Positions 46,517-55,245 of a stretch of 61,931 nucleotides of DNA are shown here, one piece after another. Position 1 is the stretch's first letter; the number at the start of each line of letters is the position of its first letter. The stretch is from Candidatus Micrarchaeota archaeon (lineage in GTDB: Archaea > Micrarchaeota > Micrarchaeia > Norongarragalinales > SBBD01), in the NCBI GenBank assembly GCA_043803465.1, contig JAZDKC010000040.1:1-61931 (forward strand), written 5' to 3'. Position numbers and translations under genes: made by a program. The notes under the pieces are model-generated. The model searched no databases and had not been told where the DNA came from. It was given only the letters and a program-made list of their open reading frames with translations.

Positions 46517-47485
46517 TCAGCTGCTTGAGGGATCCGCCGGAATCCCGCTTTTGCTGGAACCCGCGTGCATCGCGATCAGCCGGATTGCGGATACCGTCTT
46601 CATCCGCATCGATTCGCTGCTCCGAAATGCCCCAAACAGGCCGGATGCGAAATCGGCTGCAATATTGCGGTGCAGGCCCAGCCTTTTTTTAAAGATATCG
46701 GCGAATTGGGTTTCAGTTTTCCCTTCCCGGATTGCGCCATAGATTTCCTTCATGAGGGGCGCGTTATGTCTGTGCAGGAAATGAAACGACTGGTAATGGG
46801 AATTGCCCTTTTCCGGCTCGATTGCCAACAATTCGGCATATTCGCGTTGGCCTTTTCCCAGATCGCCACGTAAATAGGACACGGTGGCCAAATAATTTGC
46901 GATGAAATCCCGTTTCATTCCCTCTTCATCGAGCTTGTCGAATATTTCCGGGTTCAGCAATATTCTCAGGGTGTTGGCTTCGCCATTCTCAATGTTCGGC
47001 AATTCCCATTCCTTCCAATGGGCCACCAGCCCCTCGGGAATCATGACAAAAGAGACTTTGCCTTTTCCCGATTGCGTGGTTTGGGGCTTGGTGGTCAGGC
47101 CCATGCCTTTCAATTGGCCGAAATCCAGATGCCCGAACCGTATGTGCAGGTTCTTGAAAAGCCGCGCCTTTGGCAGGGGCTGCCGGCCTTCCTTCAAATA
47201 CCTCGCATCGGTAAATTGAAGCGATTCGATTGCCATGCCGCATTTCCGCTCATAAGCGCCGTCATCCCTTACAAAAACCAACCGGCGGTATTTCCCCTGC
47301 CCCTTATTATCGCGCAAGAGTTGCTGAAAAGCCGGGAATTTCGCCTCCGAATGGAACCGGTCCCGGGTTATCCGGCCCTCCCTGCTTGCGGGAAAGAGAA
47401 CTTTTGTTATGAATCTATCGGGCGTGGTGCTGGCGTACATGCGGTATAGGAATTGCTCGATTTCCCTTCCGCTTCGTTCTGCCAT
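46517..47485 (-). CDS. Hypothetical protein
   Basis: 322-aa ORF with protein-like composition. No motif recognised. Confidence 0.55.
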   Translation of the reverse strand: MAERSGREIEQFLYRMYASTTPDRFITKVLFPASREGRITRDRFHSEAKFPAFQQLLRDNKGQGKYRRLVFVRDDGAYERKCGMAIESLQFTDARYLKEGRQPLPKARLFKNLHIRFGHLDFGQLKGMGLTTKPQTTQSGKGKVSFVMIPEGLVAHWKEWELPNIENGEANTLRILLNPEIFDKLDEEGMKRDFIANYLATVSYLRGDLGKGQREYAELLAIEPEKGNSHYQSFHFLHRHNAPLMKEIYGAIREGKTETQFADIFKKRLGLHRNIAADFASGLFGAFRSSESMRMKTVSAIRLIAMHAGSSKSGIPADPSSS

Positions 47486-47567
47486 GGTACCATTTCGACT
47501 GCAAATCTTTTTAATTGCGGTTCCCGGAAATCAACAGGCAGGCAATTGCGAATATGCAGCTTCAGCC

Positions 47568-48824
47568 CTAAATGCCGGCGATCAGCGAGCTTGCAAGGTA
47601 GACCATCAGCGCAAGGCATGCGATCAGGCCGATGAACGCGCGGCTCTTGTGCAGGTACCTGTGCAGGCCCTGCTCGTCCCTCTTGAGCATGAACGCCGAG
47701 AGGTTTGTAATCGCATAATAGCCCAGCAGCCCGAAACTGCTGAGCTCGATTATCTGCCTGAAGTTCATGAATAACGCGAGCAGCGACATCAGGGCGCCGG
47801 CGACGATGATCGAAACATACGGGGTGCCGAATTGCCTGTGCAGTTTCGTGAAGAATGCGGGCATCTGCCTGTTGCGGCCCATGGAATAGATTATCCTCGA
47901 AACCCCCAGGATTTCCGTCAGGAGGACAGAGGAGGTCGCTGCGAGCGCTCCGATCGCAACAAGCACAACAGCATACCTCGAGCCTGCTCGCGAAACCGCT
48001 TCCGCGATTGGCGCAGTTGATCTCGAGAGCGCCTCCGAGCCCAAAAGGCCGATTGCGGTGAAGCCTGTGAGGAAGTATATCACGGTGCATACGGTAAGCG
48101 CAAGCATGATTGCCTTCGGAATGGTTTTCGTTGGTTCTTTTACCTCCTCGGCAATTGTCGCGACCCTGCCGAATCCCGCGAACGCGAAGAAAATCATGCC
48201 CGCGCCTTGGATTATTCCGTCCCAGCCAAATGAGTACATATTCTGGAAATTCTGCGGGTTTACCTGGTTGATGCCGAAGAATATGAAGAACAGCAGGATG
48301 GCAATTTTTGCAACAACCAAAGCGTCATTGACAAGGCTCGAGCGCTTCAGGCCGAGGATATTCACTATCACCATCAGGATTATGACCAGAACGGCCACGC
48401 CTTTCAATGGAAGGGAGGGCGCCATCAGCACAAAATAACTTGCGAATCCGACGCTGACAACCGCGCCGCTCACTATTGCCGAGGCGGACCATAGGAGGCC
48501 GTCGAGATAACCTGCCTCGTGGGAAATCACACGGTATGCGAATTCATATTCCCCGCCTTCCTTGGGGATCCGATGGCTCAACTCCGCATAGCTCATTGCG
48601 GTAAGGTATGCGATGGAGCCTGCAATGAGCATGGAAATGATCAGGCCCGCGCCTGCAACGCTTGCCACGACCCCGATCACGACAAAAATTCCGGCCCCGA
48701 TTATTGCGCCGATATCGATCGCGGTCGCATCGAAAATATTGAGCTCCCTGCGCAATTTTGCTTCGTTATGCCGCACGGGACCTGCACGAGTAGTGCTCAG
48801 AGGCAAGATGGGCCTGCGCTTCAT
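47568..48824 (-). CDS. Amino-acid permease (APC superfamily)
   Basis: 418 aa with ~12 TM helices. The N-terminal block LNIFDATAIDIGAIIGAGIFV is typical of APC transporters. Confidence 0.85.
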   Translation of the reverse strand: MKRRPILPLSTTRAGPVRHNEAKLRRELNIFDATAIDIGAIIGAGIFVVIGVVASVAGAGLIISMLIAGSIAYLTAMSYAELSHRIPKEGGEYEFAYRVISHEAGYLDGLLWSASAIVSGAVVSVGFASYFVLMAPSLPLKGVAVLVIILMVIVNILGLKRSSLVNDALVVAKIAILLFFIFFGINQVNPQNFQNMYSFGWDGIIQGAGMIFFAFAGFGRVATIAEEVKEPTKTIPKAIMLALTVCTVIYFLTGFTAIGLLGSEALSRSTAPIAEAVSRAGSRYAVVLVAIGALAATSSVLLTEILGVSRIIYSMGRNRQMPAFFTKLHRQFGTPYVSIIVAGALMSLLALFMNFRQIIELSSFGLLGYYAITNLSAFMLKRDEQGLHRYLHKSRAFIGLIACLALMVYLASSLIAGI

Positions 48825-48965
48825 AGTCTGGTTACTACCCGCCGCCTTAAAAAACTAATTAAAAACGTCGAGTGCAAGCGGAACAATTGCGGATTCAAAC
48901 AAGGCAATTATTGCACTTGGCCCATAGGCCGAACATAGCCTAATTTTCAATGCATATCATGCGAA

Positions 48966-50039
48966 ATGCAAAAGGATTTAAATCGCGGAAAAGAGAGATT
49001 ATGCGGAGACGCAATTATGGTACTTGACGCGCCGACATTCAAATTAGTGCTCACGCCGGAAGCGGCACTGGGGGTCGTGCAGAAGGAGGTGCACCACCGC
49101 GGCTGGAAGAAATTCGAAGTCGAGGAGGTCAGGCTGATTTACACCCCGTTCTTTTTGTTCTCTTTTGATGTCCGGTCCGAGACCGGGCCGCCCGCAACCG
49201 GGAAGGCCGCAATGAATGCGTACACAGGGGAGCTTTCCGAATTTGTTCCCGTAATCATGGAACGGCCGCTCCAAAAAACCAAAAATATCGAGGAGGGCGG
49301 GGAAGTGGAGGAAACCGCGATTCCCTCAAATGAGGCGAAGGAGACCGCGAAGGACAAAATTGCCGCGCAGGCGGGGATAAAGAGGGAGATGGTTTCGATT
49401 TCAGCTGTAAGCAAGGTTTATATCCCGTTTTTCCGCGTTTGGCTGGAGGTTGCGCATAGCTCGCTTAAAGTGGATGTCGATGCATTGGTTGGCGCGCCAC
49501 TTGGAATCGAAAACGCGCCCGAAAGGGAGAAAACCTGGGGCGAGGCAACTGGAGAAACGCTCTCGAAATTGAAATCGCCTTCCGGATGGATCGAACTTAC
49601 GGGGAAGGCAGTTGGCTCGCTTACGGGCGCAGCGGGAGGCGGCCATGGGGCCGGGCATGACGAGCATGGCGGAGGGGAGCACGGGAGCGGCGATGGCGGC
49701 AAGACCAAGCGCTGGCTCATACTTGGTGGCGCAATTTTAATACTTGCATATTTCCTATTCATGCAGCCAAATTATGGGATCAAATGCACGGGTGAAATTT
49801 CGGATTACAGGAACGGGTGCATCCTGAAAGGGCAGTGCACAATTGCCTCAAAAACCCCCGGCGACATTTTGGGCAAGGGGCTGCAGGTGTACATCAAGGG
49901 GCTGGATGGCAAGCGGATTTTCGAATATGCCGAATTGGTGACGTTCACATCCAAAACATCGGAAACGTACAACTTGACTTTCGATCCGGTTGATGCGGAC
50001 TGCAGGCGCTACGGCTGGGGCTACGATGTCGTGAGTTAA
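48966..50039 (+). CDS. Hypothetical single-pass membrane protein with Gly/His-rich segment
   Basis: 357-aa ORF. GAAGGGHGAGHDEHGGGEHGSGDGG lies directly before a TM helix (WLILGGAILILAYFLF), followed by a Cys-containing C-terminal domain. Confidence 0.55.
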   Translation: MQKDLNRGKERLCGDAIMVLDAPTFKLVLTPEAALGVVQKEVHHRGWKKFEVEEVRLIYTPFFLFSFDVRSETGPPATGKAAMNAYTGELSEFVPVIMERPLQKTKNIEEGGEVEETAIPSNEAKETAKDKIAAQAGIKREMVSISAVSKVYIPFFRVWLEVAHSSLKVDVDALVGAPLGIENAPEREKTWGEATGETLSKLKSPSGWIELTGKAVGSLTGAAGGGHGAGHDEHGGGEHGSGDGGKTKRWLILGGAILILAYFLFMQPNYGIKCTGEISDYRNGCILKGQCTIASKTPGDILGKGLQVYIKGLDGKRIFEYAELVTFTSKTSETYNLTFDPVDADCRRYGWGYDVVS

Positions 50040-50110
50040 GGAAGGCCGGGCCTATACTAATTTATTCCTTTTCAATGGCATAATGCCGATTATATGTTCG
50101 AGTTGATTAA

Positions 50111-51181
50111 ATGCCCAAGTGTGCGAATTGCAAAAAAAATGCGGTTGTGGAATTGGAATACAACAAAACGCATTTGTGCGAGAACTGCTTCTGCGACCAA
50201 TTTGAGAACCGGGTGAGGCAGGCGAACAAGGAATTCAAACTCATCAAATTGAACCAGAAAATCGGGGTGGCGCTTTCCGGCGGGAAGGATTCGAGCGCGA
50301 TGCTTTACGTGCTGCACCGGATTGTGAAAAACGTGCATGGCACCACATTGGTTCCGATCCTCATCGATGAGGGGATAGAGGAGCACCGGCTGGATGCGAT
50401 CGCGAAGGCGCAGGAGCTCTGCGATAAATTGCACCTGCCACTCCATATCCGCACTTTCAAGGATGCGTATGGATTGGAGATCGACCGGGTGGTGGAATTA
50501 AAACAGAACATGCCCGAGGAAAAGTTCCAGCGCAACTGCACCTATTGCGGCGTTTTCCGGAAAAATTTGCTGAACAAGGCTGCTCTCGAATTGGGCTGCG
50601 ACTCTTTGGCAATCGGGCATAATGCGGATGACATTGCGCAAACTTTTTTGATGAACATGCTGCACAATGAGCCTGAGCGGATGAAACGGTTTGATGTGAT
50701 CAATGATGAAACGGAAGGGTTCGCCCCCCGCATGAAGCCGCTCATATACAACCCGGAAGAGGAGTGCGCGCTTTATTGCAAATTCAAGAAACTGCCCTTT
50801 TACAGGTGCGGCTGCCCGCATGCGACTGAGAGCTTCCGAATGGAGATAAAATTGTTCCTGAACGATTTGGAGAAGAGGTTCCCGGGAGTGAAGTTCAACC
50901 TTTTGCGCTCTTACCTTGCGATGAATGGGGAATTGAGGAAATTGAGGGGGTTTGAGGAAAAATACGGAAAGGCGCTTGGGCCCAACTCGATTGGGAGGGG
51001 GATTCTCAAATGCAAACGCTGCGGCCAGAACTCCTCAACTGGAATCTGCAAATCGTGCGCCTTCCGGGAGGAAATACTGGGGTTGAAGGCAAAATTCGGC
51101 AAATCCGGAAGGAAGCTCAAGCCTCTTGATTATGGGAAGCTGATGGATTCGGATAAGGGCCGGATAATGTGTTTCGGATAA
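50111..51181 (+). CDS. PP-loop ATPase, tRNA 2-thiolation enzyme family (TtuA/NcsA-like)
   Basis: It has the PP-loop GVALSGGKDSS, an N-terminal CANC...CENC zinc finger, Fe-S-type cysteines (CTYCGVFR, CGCP) and a C-terminal CKRC...CKSC. Confidence 0.85.
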   Translation: MPKCANCKKNAVVELEYNKTHLCENCFCDQFENRVRQANKEFKLIKLNQKIGVALSGGKDSSAMLYVLHRIVKNVHGTTLVPILIDEGIEEHRLDAIAKAQELCDKLHLPLHIRTFKDAYGLEIDRVVELKQNMPEEKFQRNCTYCGVFRKNLLNKAALELGCDSLAIGHNADDIAQTFLMNMLHNEPERMKRFDVINDETEGFAPRMKPLIYNPEEECALYCKFKKLPFYRCGCPHATESFRMEIKLFLNDLEKRFPGVKFNLLRSYLAMNGELRKLRGFEEKYGKALGPNSIGRGILKCKRCGQNSSTGICKSCAFREEILGLKAKFGKSGRKLKPLDYGKLMDSDKGRIMCFG

Positions 51182-51553
51182 TTATTTCTTTATGTACTCC
51201 ACATTCGGCATCTTCTCGAAATCGTTGTCGCCGGTGAGGAATTTCAGCCCCATTCTTTCGGCCATGCAGTATCCTATCGCATCCGCAAGGGAAAGATCTC
51301 GGTACTTGAGCTTGAGGCTCGATGCCGCCTTAATGTCCTCCAAGGACATCTGCGCAGATGATACAGACAATTTTTCAAGGAACTCGTCCGCCTTGCTCGG
51401 CTCCATCCTCTTCTTCAGGTACACTGCAAGCTCCGCAAGGTTCAGCATGCCGGTTGTGCCCTCCGTTAATGCGAAAGGGGCATAATTCCGGTTTCCATTA
51501 AGGATTTCTACCAGTGCATATGTGTCGAAGAAATACTCACCGGTCATCGTCAT
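51182..51553 (-). CDS. vapC: PIN-domain toxin (VapC-like)
   Basis: PIN hallmarks are present: FFDTYAL at the N-terminus, LADAIGY, and LTGDNDF near the C-terminus. The start is placed at ATG 51553, overlapping the antitoxin stop, although the ORF is open to 51616. Confidence 0.8.
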   Translation of the reverse strand: MTMTGEYFFDTYALVEILNGNRNYAPFALTEGTTGMLNLAELAVYLKKRMEPSKADEFLEKLSVSSAQMSLEDIKAASSLKLKYRDLSLADAIGYCMAERMGLKFLTGDNDFEKMPNVEYIKK

Positions 51554-51776
51554 ACAGCTCCTTGTCAAGTTCATCCAGTATCTTCTGGGTGTCGCCCTTG
51601 AATTTGACCGCTCCAAATAATTCCTTGAAAGGGTGAGCTTTCCTTAAGACGCCGAGCTTCACCGTATCGCCTTCCTTCAAATTCTCCGCCTTCACTGCGC
51701 CCATGGGCACAACTACTCCCAATGATCTTCCCCACCGCCTCAGTTTCGCCTCTATCCAAACCATATATGCATCCAT
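51537..51776 (-). CDS. vapB: AbrB/SpoVT-type antitoxin (VapB-like)
   Basis: 79 aa. RRWGRSLGVVVPMGAVKAENLKEGDTVKL is the swapped-hairpin AbrB/MazE-type motif. It lies immediately upstream of, and overlaps, the PIN gene. Confidence 0.7.
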   Translation of the reverse strand: MDAYMVWIEAKLRRWGRSLGVVVPMGAVKAENLKEGDTVKLGVLRKAHPFKELFGAVKFKGDTQKILDELDKELYDDDR

Positions 51777-51959
51777 AATTATACCGGTATAATCATATAT
51801 ATTCCTTGCGATTACGGGATAGGATCCGGCAAGTGTAATTTAAATCTTGGGTTGATAAATTATCAACGAAAAGTTGAGCTTCAAGGGGGAGCGAAAATAT
51901 TTTTAGGAAGGGGATGCTTCCAAGGGTAGCGGGAAAACCCGGGTTTCCCCAAGACGCTT

Positions 51960-52130
51960 GGGCTCGTAGTCGAGTGGTAAGACGTCAGTTTCACACGGAC
52001 CTCTTTTTCTTCCCGAAGAAAAAGACCTCCACGAGAAAAAGAAGGGAATTTGAAAGAAATCCCTCGAAAGAAATGAAAGGAGTACGGTCGTGAAAACTGA
52101 AGAACCGGAGTCCGATTCTCCGCGGGCCCA
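51960..52130 (+). tRNA. tRNA-Val (anticodon CAC) with a ~99-nt intron (about 51996-52094)
   Basis: Hand-folded. Acceptor GGGCTCG/CGGGCCC with discriminator A, then U8 A9. D-arm GTCG-AGTGGTA-AGAC (A14, G18 G19). Anticodon stem TCAGT/ACTGA is perfect, loop TT-CAC-A, with the intron after position 37. Variable loop AGAAC. T-arm CGGAG-TCCGATT-CTCCG (C at position 55 is atypical). The intron ends can pair (CACG.AC with GTCGTG). No CCA is encoded. Confidence 0.8.
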
Positions 52131-52144
52131 TTCAGGCGACACGC

Positions 52145-52462
52145 ATGAATGGAAATAAACCGGTACCTATCAGATACGACGAAATCCACGAACATGGGAC
52201 CGGGCTTATTGAAAGCGACCCCGAAATCAGCCCTTGGCATGTGAAAACCGTAAGAAAAGGCAATATTACGGAATTCCATTTCAAGAAAGAAACCGAAATC
52301 TCCATATTGGCAAAGGCACACGGCGCCCTCAGGGAATTGGCGGTTTCAAAAGGATTGAGGATTGCCAACGCTAGAAACTTAAATGTTCCACCCCGAATCG
52401 AAATATTTTATAATAAATATAATAAAATACTCGTTCTGATGCATTCTTCTCCCAAAGCATAG
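52145..52462 (+). CDS. Hypothetical protein
   Basis: 105-aa ORF starting 15 nt after the tRNA. Composition is protein-like and no motif is recognised. Confidence 0.4.
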   Translation: MNGNKPVPIRYDEIHEHGTGLIESDPEISPWHVKTVRKGNITEFHFKKETEISILAKAHGALRELAVSKGLRIANARNLNVPPRIEIFYNKYNKILVLMHSSPKA

Positions 52463-52495
52463 TGCTGATCCGAATGTTTCCTGTTTTTTTCAGGA

Positions 52496-52813
52496 TCACT
52501 TCCGCTTAATTAATAGATCGAACCCCAAAAGCACCCTCTCGTTCGTGTTCTGATTGGGATATTTTGACGGATCCTCCGCGTAATTGTCGATCCTTTCCTT
52601 CTGCAGAACCTCGATGCCGTAATCCGAATTTTTCAGGAAGCGCTCGATCTCCTTCCCTAAGGCATCCCCGATCGGGTCCTTTCCCTGGAATTTCTCCCAG
52701 CCGGGGTCGTCCCACGGGACGAAGATGCGCATTCCCTTGATTTTCAAATTCCGGAAGCCCAAGCTCTTCAGATGCGCCGAAACCTTCCCCATTATTGCGA
52801 CCATTCCAATCAC
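52496..52813 (-). CDS. Hypothetical protein
   Basis: 105-aa ORF (an internal Met at MGKVSAHL is a possible start). No motif recognised. Confidence 0.45.
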   Translation of the reverse strand: MIGMVAIMGKVSAHLKSLGFRNLKIKGMRIFVPWDDPGWEKFQGKDPIGDALGKEIERFLKNSDYGIEVLQKERIDNYAEDPSKYPNQNTNERVLLGFDLLIKRK

Positions 52814-52999
52814 TGAAATCTATTGCTAAAAGGGATTTATTAAAGACAGCCACTCCAAAATGGCAGCCAGCCTATTTTTTGATGCTGGTGCGGATGCTCT
52901 GCCTCACCATTCCGGTGATTTCCTTCCTAACCTGCCTATTCACTATCCCATGCGAAACCGCATTCACCAATGCCTTGACAATTTTCGGATGCGCGCCCT

Positions 53000-53467
53000 T
53001 CACGCCCTTGTGGGAAGCCCAGATTGCGGAGATCGGATACGCAGCCAAGCCCCGCCGAACGGAATAAAAGAGATGGGCAGTGCAATTCCCAGATGGTGCA
53101 GCGCCTTGTTCACCTCGAAATCCTCCTCCGGAATTTTTCCATTCTTTTGGTCTCTGCGCAGCTTCACCCTCTTTCCGATGACCCAGCCCGACCTCAGGAA
53201 ATTGGAAGTCAACGGGATCGCGAATTGGAAAGCGACTGTGAGCGCCACATGCGCACCCAAATTCCTCGCGAAGCTCTTCATGAACGGCGACTTCGATTGG
53301 TCGCGCAAATCCACGTAATCGTCCTCGGCAATCTTGGCATTTGCGAGCTCGATTTCCAGCCCCTTCCTGATCGGCAGCTCGCCGACCTCCTGGTGCAATG
53401 CACCGTCGGTTGCGATCCTGTAGAGCTTCCTGCGCTGCAGCCAGCTTTTCTCGGTTTTCTCCTGCAT
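53000..53467 (-). CDS. Hypothetical protein, possibly frameshifted (protein-like continuation in another frame down to 52872)
   Basis: The 155-aa ORF is protein-like for ~125 aa. The C-terminal ~60 aa of the overlapping ORF 52872..53471 (..YPISAIWASHKGVKGAHPKIVKALVNAVSHGIVNRQVRKEITGMVRQSIRTSIKK) also looks protein-like. Confidence 0.4.
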   Translation of the reverse strand: MQEKTEKSWLQRRKLYRIATDGALHQEVGELPIRKGLEIELANAKIAEDDYVDLRDQSKSPFMKSFARNLGAHVALTVAFQFAIPLTSNFLRSGWVIGKRVKLRRDQKNGKIPEEDFEVNKALHHLGIALPISFIPFGGAWLRIRSPQSGLPTRA

Positions 53468-53588
53468 GCATAAATTTTAACGGCTAGATTTTATAAACCG
53501 GTTTCGTTAAGCGCAATGCCGGCACAAATTTTCCATCACCACAACTGGAAATCGAAACCTATTTAACCGATTTTGCCTAAAAACAAAT

Positions 53589-54464
53589 ATGGCTTCCGGC
53601 TCATCTTCCGCGGTGCTCGCCCTTATCGGCGCTGCGCTGCTTTGGTCGTTTGCGAATGTTTACATGAAGGGCCCGCTGATGGCTTATGAGATGCTCCCGC
53701 TCCTCACCGGGAGGTATGTGACCGCGTTCATTCTCATGTACCTCATTTTGAGGCAGACAAATCACAAGGTGAAATCGCACGAGATGATGCCCGGAATCAT
53801 AATCGGCGCCCTCACATTCATCGGATTCCTTCTTAACGGAGTGGGACTGATACTCTCCACTCCTGCAAGGGCGTCGTTCCTCTCCTCGCTTTCGGTGCTG
53901 TTCGTCCCGGTTTTCTCATATTTCCTTGCACTAAAGGTACGCGATAGGGAAATAACAGCTGCAATGATCGCTTTCACCGGCCTCATCCTGTTCACATTCA
54001 CTCCGGATTGGCAGATCAGCACAGGAGAGATCGCGCTATTCCTTGACAATATTCCATTCGCTTTGGGGTTGGTCCTGACAGGCATTTATTTGAGGAAATG
54101 CGACTTCAAATCGCTGATGCTGGTGGGGTTCGGCACTACTGCGTTGCTCTCGCTCTTATTTAGCATTTCGAACCAGCAATTCGATTTCCAGCCTACAGTG
54201 ATTGCCATCGGCATTGTTTCGGGTATCTTCTTCACAATGATACCTACTGGTTTGCAATCATGGGCGCTCATAAGAGTTTCCCCGACTGCCACTGAAGTCA
54301 TCATTTCCCTCTGCCCTGTTTTCACCGGCATGCTTTCAAATTACTTCCTTGGCGAGACCTTTTCTTTTGCACAGGTGGTCGGCGGCGTGCTGATTGTATA
54401 CGGATCTATTTATGCGGCTCCGGGGAAAGCAGATAAGGAAATAGGGGTAGCGACCGGCCATTGA
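53589..54464 (+). CDS. EamA/DMT-family transporter
   Basis: 291 aa with ~10 TM helices in two similar halves. This is typical drug/metabolite transporter topology. Confidence 0.8.
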   Translation: MASGSSSAVLALIGAALLWSFANVYMKGPLMAYEMLPLLTGRYVTAFILMYLILRQTNHKVKSHEMMPGIIIGALTFIGFLLNGVGLILSTPARASFLSSLSVLFVPVFSYFLALKVRDREITAAMIAFTGLILFTFTPDWQISTGEIALFLDNIPFALGLVLTGIYLRKCDFKSLMLVGFGTTALLSLLFSISNQQFDFQPTVIAIGIVSGIFFTMIPTGLQSWALIRVSPTATEVIISLCPVFTGMLSNYFLGETFSFAQVVGGVLIVYGSIYAAPGKADKEIGVATGH

Positions 54465-54478
54465 CGCCGCCATCCCTC

Positions 54479-54820
54479 TTAGGGATTGTCCCTTGCGTAT
54501 TCGATATCCTCAAGCAGCTTGAGCACCTCATAATCAAAGGAGGTGAATTTCAAATGCTCCTTCTTCTCACGGAACTCATAATCGAACTCCAGCGCCATCA
54601 TCACGCTTCCGGTAACCCGGATGTTGTGCATTTTCAGAAGGGGGATGCTTCGATGCAACCTGGGCACATCCGGCATTATGCCTCCGGAATAGATTACGAA
54701 TACCTTTTTTTTCGAAAGAATCAGCATCCCCACCTTGGGCATCCCCGGATCCCCGAAATTGCCGTTGCTTGCAAAGATTATCCTCTCATTCCACGGAATC
54801 AGCTCCTTCCAGTCTGCCAT
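54479..54820 (-). CDS. Small conserved hypothetical protein, tandem paralog 2 (possibly PH/GRAM-like)
   Basis: 113 aa, about half identical to the adjacent gene (MADWKELIPWNERIIFASNGNFG.. vs MAKWKDLIPANEEIIVASNGSFG..; ..HLKFTSFDYEVLKLLEDIEYARDNP vs ..HVKFTSLDYEVRKLLEEIEYAADNP). Confidence 0.7.
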   Translation of the reverse strand: MADWKELIPWNERIIFASNGNFGDPGMPKVGMLILSKKKVFVIYSGGIMPDVPRLHRSIPLLKMHNIRVTGSVMMALEFDYEFREKKEHLKFTSFDYEVLKLLEDIEYARDNP

Positions 54821-54838
54821 GATTACCGCCAGCTAAAT

Positions 54839-55180
54839 TCAGGGATTGTCGGCCGCATATTCGATCTCCTCCAGCAGCTTCCTCACCTCATAGTCGAGGG
54901 AGGTGAATTTTACGTGCTCATTGCGTTCCTTGACGTCATAATCGAATTCCAGGCTGCGCATCACATCGCCGGTTATTTGCGCGTTCTGCACCTTCACCAA
55001 TTGAATCGTCCTGTACAGCTTTGGGATGTTCGCCATCAAGCCTTCGAAATAGATCACATAAATCTTCTTTGCAGCAAGCACGAGCATCCCCATCTGCGGC
55101 TTTGCAGGTTCGCCAAAGCTGCCGTTGCTTGCGACTATTATCTCCTCATTCGCCGGAATCAGGTCCTTCCATTTCGCCAT
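54839..55180 (-). CDS. Small conserved hypothetical protein, tandem paralog 1
   Basis: 113 aa, same length and architecture as 54479..54820, separated from it by 18 nt. Confidence 0.7.
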   Translation of the reverse strand: MAKWKDLIPANEEIIVASNGSFGEPAKPQMGMLVLAAKKIYVIYFEGLMANIPKLYRTIQLVKVQNAQITGDVMRSLEFDYDVKERNEHVKFTSLDYEVRKLLEEIEYAADNP

Positions 55181-55245
55181 CCGAATCGCCGATAACTAAG
55201 AACACGTTTCTGGTGTTTAAATAACTGCGTCAGCGTTTCACCCAT

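Noticed and set aside
52135-52144. GGCGACACGC just 3' of the tRNA-Val gene (and GGCGACAC inside polB at ~40559) as additional hairpin-element or att-site copies
   Set aside because: Only the 8-10 nt outer-stem word matches. There is no G-rich leader, inner stem or GTGTC partner nearby. A match of that length is expected by chance a couple of times in 2 x 62 kb.
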